Below, piece after piece: positions 26,818-32,000 of a stretch of 32,000 bases of DNA. Within the stretch, counting starts at the first letter, position 1. Each line of letters starts with the position of its first letter. The notes under the pieces are model-generated. The model was not told the DNA's origin and made no database searches. It saw nothing but the letters and a program-made list of their open reading frames with translations. Position numbers and translations under genes: made by a program. This DNA comes from Candidatus Hadarchaeota archaeon (GTDB taxonomy: Archaea; Hadarchaeota; Hadarchaeia; Hadarchaeales; Hadarchaeaceae): the NCBI GenBank assembly GCA_964514965.1, contig CAZETV010000001.1, positions 330,001 through 362,000 on the forward strand, read 5' to 3'.

Positions 26818-28052
26818 AATTTTACTCTCCTCTTCCCGGTTAACAAATCGTTCATCAGTCCTTTCTTGAGCCTCTCGAGTTTTTCCTTCCTCTTTCTTTC
26901 GAGTTCGAGCTTTTTGTCAACGGTTGAGAGAATTTCGGCGATTTTTTGTTGCTCCAGAATTGGCGGGAGAGGGACTCGGTAGTTCTCGATTTCTTGTCTT
27001 CTTATCGCTTTGAAAGTTGAACCAGCTGATAAAGCTTCGAACTTCTTGCCATTGAACTTCAAGTAGTAGAACAAGAATAAATGATGAATCTTACTTTGCT
27101 TGACCCTAATAGTAGAAACACCTCTTCCAATACAACATTCAAATGGAGCAATATTAACGTCTCCAACTGGGGCCCTTACTGAAAGTAAAATGTCGTTAGA
27201 CTCAGCTGTCTTGACGGGATTAGAACAGTAAATCGTCGGTGAGGGGTAAATTTCCCCAAATTCCATTTTTCCTTGTAGGAACGGTAAACCTTCCCCTCTT
27301 TTATTATAAGTAGAGGAAGGAGGAGACTGCCCCATTATTAACTCGGCAATGTTTTTATCTCCAAGCCCAACAACATTCCACTCTCTAGGGATCTCGCAAC
27401 CCAGCTCCTTGTTGAACTTGAACTCCTTGTGCCCTATGCCCTTCGTAAGCAGCTCCTGCATCAGGCCCCGCTTCAGCCGCTCGGTTCGGGCTATGGCCTC
27501 GTCGACACGCTGGATCGCTTGGTAGACGGTGGAGAGGATCTCGGCGATGCGGCGCTGTTCGGGGAGGGGTGGGCGGGGAACTGAGTAGTTCTCAATCTCT
27601 TGTTTTCTTATCGCTTTGAAAGTCGAACCAGCTGATAAAGCTTCAAACTTCTTGCCATTAAGCTTCAGGTAATAGAATAAGAATAAATGATTGAATTTAT
27701 CCTGTTTGGCTCTGATCGCTGATAAACCTCTGCCAATACAACATCTAAATGGAGCAATATTAACCTCCCCAACAGGCGCCCTTACGGAAAGTAAAATGTC
27801 ATTGGGCTCAGCGATCTTAATGGGATTTGAACAATAAATTGTTGGGGAGGGATAAATTTCTCCAAATTCTAGTTTTCCCTGAAGAAAAGGTAGGCCTTCT
27901 CCTTTCTCGTTATAAGTTGAAGATGGAGGCGATTGCCCTATTATTAGCTCCACAACATTCTGGTCCCTTAATCTCACAACCCCCCACTCCTTTGGGATTT
28001 TGCTGATTGGAGTTTGTTTATGGTGGTTAGCTGTCTGCATCATTTTAACCAA
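26814..28052 (-). CDS. hsdS: Type I restriction enzyme, S (specificity) subunit
   Basis: Two TRD + conserved-helix units, each ending PLPEQRRIAEILSTV / PILEQQKIAEILSTVDKKLELERKRKEKLERLKKGLMNDLLTG. Confidence 0.95.
   Translation of the reverse strand: MVKMMQTANHHKQTPISKIPKEWGVVRLRDQNVVELIIGQSPPSSTYNEKGEGLPFLQGKLEFGEIYPSPTIYCSNPIKIAEPNDILLSVRAPVGEVNIAPFRCCIGRGLSAIRAKQDKFNHLFLFYYLKLNGKKFEALSAGSTFKAIRKQEIENYSVPRPPLPEQRRIAEILSTVYQAIQRVDEAIARTERLKRGLMQELLTKGIGHKEFKFNKELGCEIPREWNVVGLGDKNIAELIMGQSPPSSTYNKRGEGLPFLQGKMEFGEIYPSPTIYCSNPVKTAESNDILLSVRAPVGDVNIAPFECCIGRGVSTIRVKQSKIHHLFLFYYLKFNGKKFEALSAGSTFKAIRRQEIENYRVPLPPILEQQKIAEILSTVDKKLELERKRKEKLERLKKGLMNDLLTGKRRVKL
26975..27353. repeat. Internal hsdS repeat, copy encoding the second TRD
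   Basis: Aligns without offset change to 27581-27959 at a 606-bp spacing (e.g. gctttgaaagttgaaccagctgataaagcttcgaacttcttgccatt). Confidence 0.9.
27581..27959. repeat. Internal hsdS repeat, copy encoding the first TRD
   Basis: Partner of 26975-27353; gctttgaaagtcgaaccagctgataaagcttcaaacttcttgccatt. Confidence 0.9.
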
Positions 28053-28707
28053 ACCTCAGTTCCATTCGGCAGGAGGGGCAGGTGAAACTTCTGAATCTTG
28101 AGTATAAATTGAAAGTTATGCCACACTTTGGGCATTTCGTTTTAATTGAGTCAACACTAGCGGCTTCCTTTAGCGCCATGAGTATGCCACCTATGACTAA
28201 TCCTGTAAACCCACCAACCAACGCTCCACCAATTCTGTCTTTTGATGATAACAATCCACCCAAAACAGCACCGCCTGCTGTGAGCCCCATGCGAAGGTTG
28301 TTATTCTCAATAGCCTGTTTCATTTTTTGTAGAATTTTCTGGATATTTTGCCAATCTTCAATTTTTGTAGGCTCATACAAAATGTAATCCGTCAAATACG
28401 GAACAGGAAAATGGACTCTGTTATTGATATCTTCCACCACGAAAAGGGGTTTATTTGATCTTCTTGTCAGGCCCACTTCAAAAGCAACCCAATTTTGTGT
28501 GAAGTCCGAAGATTTCAGATTCTCCGTTAAAAATAGAAAAACCGCATCAGATGTTGCAATATTTTTTTCTATTTTCTTAAAGGGCGGCTCACTTTCCGGC
28601 GTAAATTCCATAAAAAGCGGCGAGATACCCGCAGATTTAAAATTAAGATCCGTTATTCTGATTAAGTCTTCGTCCTTTTTGCTGTGTGAGATAAACACTT
28701 GAACCAT
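28045..28707 (-). CDS. TIR-domain protein with glycine-zipper/TM segment and C-terminal zinc ribbon
   Basis: MVQVFISHSKKDEDLI, SDAVFLFLTENLKSSDFTQNWVAFEVGLTRRSNKPLFVV (candidate catalytic Glu in WVAFE). GLTAGGAVLGGLLSSKDRIGGALVGGFTGLVIGGILMAL is encoded at 28168-28287 and CPKC...CPSC near the end. Overlaps hsdS by 8 nt. Confidence 0.85.
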   Translation of the reverse strand: MVQVFISHSKKDEDLIRITDLNFKSAGISPLFMEFTPESEPPFKKIEKNIATSDAVFLFLTENLKSSDFTQNWVAFEVGLTRRSNKPLFVVEDINNRVHFPVPYLTDYILYEPTKIEDWQNIQKILQKMKQAIENNNLRMGLTAGGAVLGGLLSSKDRIGGALVGGFTGLVIGGILMALKEAASVDSIKTKCPKCGITFNLYSRFRSFTCPSCRMELRFG

Positions 28708-28843
28708 CTAATTATCTCCAATATTTATTAGGTTCGCCGCTCGACAGTAGGTTCTCGCATTATGGTCATGGGTGGCATCTAATGGCGACAACCGATCAAC
28801 GTGTAAACCAGGCCCGCGGTGGCAAGAGTGGTGGTAGTAGCAG

Positions 28844-28851
28844 TATTTAAA
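28844..28851 (-). promoter_or_regulatory. Candidate archaeal TATA box (TTTAAATA) for the TIR-hsdS operon
   Basis: - strand reads ttctccTTTAAATActg, in the 240-bp gap upstream of the TIR start. Confidence 0.35.
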
Positions 28852-28946
28852 GGAGAAATGGTGTAAGTAATTATTGGCGGGTAAGTCCAAGTTGGTAACG
28901 TGTACCGGATGGTGCACTTCATGTCCGGCTTGGGTCCGCCGCTTGT

Positions 28947-29579
28947 TCACTGCCAAAGAATCATTTCTCCCTTATTGACAATTTTATCCTCAATAATTTT
29001 GAAATACCTGTCATCACCGGAGTTGAACTTTCTGTTGATGCTCCAGACTACAAAATCGACCACCTGTAGCTCATTTTTAGAATAAGACGGAGCGTGATTA
29101 ATCTCGATGCTCCGGCTTTCAAGAAAAGTGGCCCTTTTTCTTTTTATGTAACTGTCAAAATCTGCGCGGAACAAAGTGTTGGTATGTTTCTTGTCCACTG
29201 TTATCACGAGCTTCCCGACCTTGACGTTCAACCGATCCATGAGCTTCCCACAGAGGTAGTTGTAAAGTTTATCCTTCACCTCATAGAGGTAATCAAATAT
29301 CTTGGACTTTTCGACGACTATCGCGTAAATATCGCAGTTGGCCACCCGGACTTGATTTAACACGTACTCCCGTATCATTCTGTTCGAGTTGTTGGCCTTG
29401 ATCTCTGGGAGCTGCCTGAGTTTCTTATTGAGCTTTCTCTCCCTCAGCCGCTTCATTATTCTAGAAAGATTTTTCGGATGGTCAACAAGGACCGCAGCAA
29501 CCACGAAATATTTTGAGCCGTATTTTCCCAAGTCGCCGCTTTCATCTATGTAAACACGTTTGGTCCAGTTCATCCGCAT
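28947..29579 (-). CDS. DUF3800 family protein
   Basis: VYIDESGDLGKYGSKYFVVAAVLV and C-terminal ELQVVDFVVWSINRKF. Track start is 29615; M at 29579 or 29573 is more likely. Confidence 0.85.
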   Translation of the reverse strand: MRMNWTKRVYIDESGDLGKYGSKYFVVAAVLVDHPKNLSRIMKRLRERKLNKKLRQLPEIKANNSNRMIREYVLNQVRVANCDIYAIVVEKSKIFDYLYEVKDKLYNYLCGKLMDRLNVKVGKLVITVDKKHTNTLFRADFDSYIKRKRATFLESRSIEINHAPSYSKNELQVVDFVVWSINRKFNSGDDRYFKIIEDKIVNKGEMILWQ

Positions 29580-29616
29580 AACCCCGGAAAATAAAACCAG
29601 AGGTGGCCCCCACAAC

Positions 29617-31383
29617 TCATTTTTTCCCCTCGAGTTCTTTCAGATATCCATGTATTTTTTTCTCCACCTCGGCTATCTCGCCCTCCAAACTTCGCAGATC
29701 GTCCCACTCATTCGTAACATCTATTTCCTCTGCCTTCTCCTGCGGAAAAGCGTAGAGCGTGACGTTGAGGTTGTAATCGTTCCCCTTGATCTCATCCAAG
29801 GAAACGACCTTGACAAAGCCATCCGCGTCTTTAAAATTACGGTAAGCTCTCGTGACCTTCCTTATGTGGCCATCGCCAAGCCGGTTCAGCTTCCGGACCT
29901 CGGGGTGCTGCTCGTACTCTGAACTCGCATTTATGAAGAGAATTTTATTTTTCCTCTTAGTCGACTTGTGTTTGTTGAAAATCAAAATCGCTCCGGGAGC
30001 CCCGGTGTTATAAAAGAGTTTCTCGGGCAGGAGGATAACGCACTCGATCAGGTCATCTTTGAGAACCCCTTCTCTGATGCTCCTCTCCTTCCCCCCCCTG
30101 AACAAACAGCCATTGTCTATGACCACCCCAACCCTACCATTCCCTCCATCCGCGGAGCTGAGCATGTGCTGAATCCAAGCCCAATCAGCGGACTGATTTG
30201 GAGTAAATCCATAAGCATATCGCTGTTTCCAGAACTCTCCTTTCTTCAATACGTCTTCACCAAAGCCCTTTTGATTCCAAGGAGGATTTGCGATCACCAC
30301 ATTGAATTTCTTCAAAAAGTTGCCCTCCCTGAATTTTGGGTACAGTAAAGTATCCCCTAAGGCTAGGTTAACGTCCCTGATACCATGGATGTAAAGGTTC
30401 ATCTTACAAAGGCCGTATATTTCACGGTTGGCCTCTTGACCATAGATAAAAAGCTGCTTGGCCTTCTCCTTTCCGTATTTTTCTTTGACGTGGTTGTAAG
30501 AGAGTATCAGCATGCCGCCCGAGCCAAAAGCAGGATCGTAAACGGATTCTCTAGGCGTGGGGTCCAAAATCTCGACAAGTAGTTTTATTACCTCTCGGGG
30601 AGTGTAGACTTCCCCCTCCTTCGCCTTCTGCGGGGCGAAATATCGGAGAACCCACTCATATGCGTCGCCGAGTATGTCTGGGGAGACTCGGTGTAATTTT
30701 CTGGAGCTGAAAAGTTCAACAAGCTGCCTCAATATCTCAAAATTCTCGGTGCTCCTAGTGAACTGGATAAAGTCAGCTCTATCGATAACGTCTCTGAGTT
30801 CGGGGTTTCTCTCCGCCAAGACTTTTAAGCACTCCGCAAGCCTCGCGGGAAGCCTGTTGACATCCTTTCGTACGTTATCCCACAGAAATTCACTTGGTAA
30901 ATCGAAATCGTGGTAAACGCTACTCTTGGCCTCCTCTCTAGCCTCCTCTTCGCTCAAACCATCCTTGAGGGCTTCTCTATAGGCGATTTCAAATTCGACC
31001 TCCCATTTATCGCTGATCCGTTTCAGAAAAAGGAGGATGAGGATGAACTTGTAGTCTACTCTTGTTCTTATCAGGTCGGCCGCCTTTTTCAATAATCCCT
31101 CAAGGTCCTGCCTGGTTAATGCGCCGGCCCTCGCGATGCCCTCTATCAGAAACTCCTTCATGCTCCTCAGCGTGTAAACACTTTTTCTCGCATCCGAGGG
31201 GTCCGACCGTGCTTTGAGCCTTCCAGCTTTTCTGAGTTCCGAGAGGATTACGTTCACGTTCCTTTCGTTCTCCTTCAGCTTCTGCCTGAGCGCAGCGACG
31301 GCATCAGAGCGTGTAAAGGGTCGGTCTTGAAATACGTTCCATAAACCCAAATATCGCTCCTCAAGCCATTTGCTAAGTGTCAT
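29617..31383 (-). CDS. hsdM: Type I restriction enzyme, M subunit (N6-adenine methyltransferase) with N-terminal winged-helix-like extension
   Basis: YDPAFGSGGMLI (SAM motif), VVIANPPWNQKGFG (NPPW), LIECVILLPEKLFYNTGAPGAILIF. First ~70 aa look like a wHTH. Confidence 0.95.
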   Translation of the reverse strand: MTLSKWLEERYLGLWNVFQDRPFTRSDAVAALRQKLKENERNVNVILSELRKAGRLKARSDPSDARKSVYTLRSMKEFLIEGIARAGALTRQDLEGLLKKAADLIRTRVDYKFILILLFLKRISDKWEVEFEIAYREALKDGLSEEEAREEAKSSVYHDFDLPSEFLWDNVRKDVNRLPARLAECLKVLAERNPELRDVIDRADFIQFTRSTENFEILRQLVELFSSRKLHRVSPDILGDAYEWVLRYFAPQKAKEGEVYTPREVIKLLVEILDPTPRESVYDPAFGSGGMLILSYNHVKEKYGKEKAKQLFIYGQEANREIYGLCKMNLYIHGIRDVNLALGDTLLYPKFREGNFLKKFNVVIANPPWNQKGFGEDVLKKGEFWKQRYAYGFTPNQSADWAWIQHMLSSADGGNGRVGVVIDNGCLFRGGKERSIREGVLKDDLIECVILLPEKLFYNTGAPGAILIFNKHKSTKRKNKILFINASSEYEQHPEVRKLNRLGDGHIRKVTRAYRNFKDADGFVKVVSLDEIKGNDYNLNVTLYAFPQEKAEEIDVTNEWDDLRSLEGEIAEVEKKIHGYLKELEGKK

Positions 31384-31412
31384 ACATCTCCAATTTTCCG
31401 GAAACTTTAAAT

Positions 31413-31419
31413 TATATAC
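31413..31419 (-). promoter_or_regulatory. Candidate TATA box for hsdM
   Basis: - strand GTATATAATTTAAAG about 30 bp upstream of the hsdM ATG at 31383. Confidence 0.35.
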
Positions 31420-31459
31420 GCTTTTTTGTTTTAGCTTACTAAATAAGCTTTATGATAAC

Positions 31460-31861
31460 CTAATGGATAATCCCGCGAGCCCTCAAGCTTGTGTAACCCT
31501 CGCCCCCAATTATCACATGATCCTGAATCCAAACACCTATCGTCTTGCCGATCCTGACTAGCTTTTTGGTGACTTCGATATCCGACTCGCTGGGCTCTGG
31601 ACTCCTACTTGGATGATTGTGGACGAGAATTATGGAAGCAGCAGAATTTTTGAGCGCACTCTCGAACACCTCCCGAGGGCGGAGCAGGGTTATGTCGGCG
31701 GCTCCACCTGATATTGTCTCACAATTTATCAGCCTGTTTTGGAGATCGAGGGAAATAAGCTTGATCACCTCGTGCTTGAGGACCCGGATCTCCTCTCTGA
31801 CCAACTCGAAGACATCTTCCGGCCTTGCAACATGAACCCGCTCGTTTTCAGCAGGCCTCAT
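31460..31861 (-). CDS. RadC-like JAB/MPN domain protein lacking the N-terminal HhH
   Basis: ASIILVHNHPSRSPEPSESDIEVTKKLVRIGKTIGVWIQDHVIIG (JAMM HxH...SxxD). TATA-like TTTATAT at 31892-31898 upstream. Confidence 0.85.
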   Translation of the reverse strand: MRPAENERVHVARPEDVFELVREEIRVLKHEVIKLISLDLQNRLINCETISGGAADITLLRPREVFESALKNSAASIILVHNHPSRSPEPSESDIEVTKKLVRIGKTIGVWIQDHVIIGGEGYTSLRARGIIH

Positions 31862-32000
31862 TATTCCCGCCGTGGCTTTGAGTGAAGGTTGTTTATATGG
31901 GGAAAATGTGGGGAGCCGATTTAACCAACATTATCTCAAAAATGATAACTTGGGTTAATCGAGTCAACTACCCCCATGAATGCTATTAGATTTCTTACCC

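Noticed and set aside
28708-28956. 82-aa His-rich ORF (MAVNKRRTQAGHEVHHPVHVTNLD...), superficially HNH-like
   Set aside because: The His-rich stretches come from simple sequence such as gtggtggtagtagcag, spacing does not fit HNH, and a candidate TATA box lies inside it. Treated as an intergenic segment.
31425-31450. AGCTTA-CTAAA-TAAGCT inverted repeat upstream of hsdM
   Set aside because: Only 6-bp arms in an AT-rich promoter region. Could be an operator but too weak alone to call.
16707-31900. CRISPR array, tRNA integration site, integrase or transposase
   Set aside because: I looked for evenly spaced repeats of 25-40 bp, tRNA-like ends and recombinase motifs and saw none. The only spaced array is the 13-bp element, which has no spacers. 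The island mobilisation mechanism is not evident in this window.

Overview
This is an archaeal chromosome segment with two parts. Bases 1 to ~16.2 kb are a housekeeping block: PRC-barrel protein, phosphoesterase, phosphoglycolate-phosphatase-like HAD, RadA, multi-OB-fold RPA, class II HMG-CoA reductase, IleS, BlaI/MecI-type wHTH, RfcS, TopA, NOG1-type GTPase, aIF5A, pyrimidine-dimer glycosylase and MarC. Bases ~16.2 to 31.9 kb are a dense defence island. Its left half (+ strand) is a McrBC-like module: an uncharacterised 408-aa protein, a McrB-type AAA+ GTPase with a likely EVE/PUA-like reader domain, and a McrC-like DUF2357 + PD-(D/E)XK nuclease. Its right half (- strand) is an expanded Type I restriction-modification locus: JAB-only RadC-like, HsdM with an N-terminal wHTH, DUF3800, a TIR protein with a glycine-zipper/TM segment and zinc ribbon, HsdS with two nearly identical target-recognition halves, a HEPN-like protein, HsdR and a YgjP/DUF45 metallopeptidase. 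Several of these genes overlap or abut. The main candidate for something new is the TIR-HsdS-HEPN-HsdR-metallopeptidase overlapping gene string. The left island boundary also carries a four-copy 13-bp iterated element, a missed zinc-ribbon micro-ORF, a GC hairpin with T-tract, and a decayed duplicate of the 5' end of topA. All assignments are from reading motifs and gene layout; no database searches were run.
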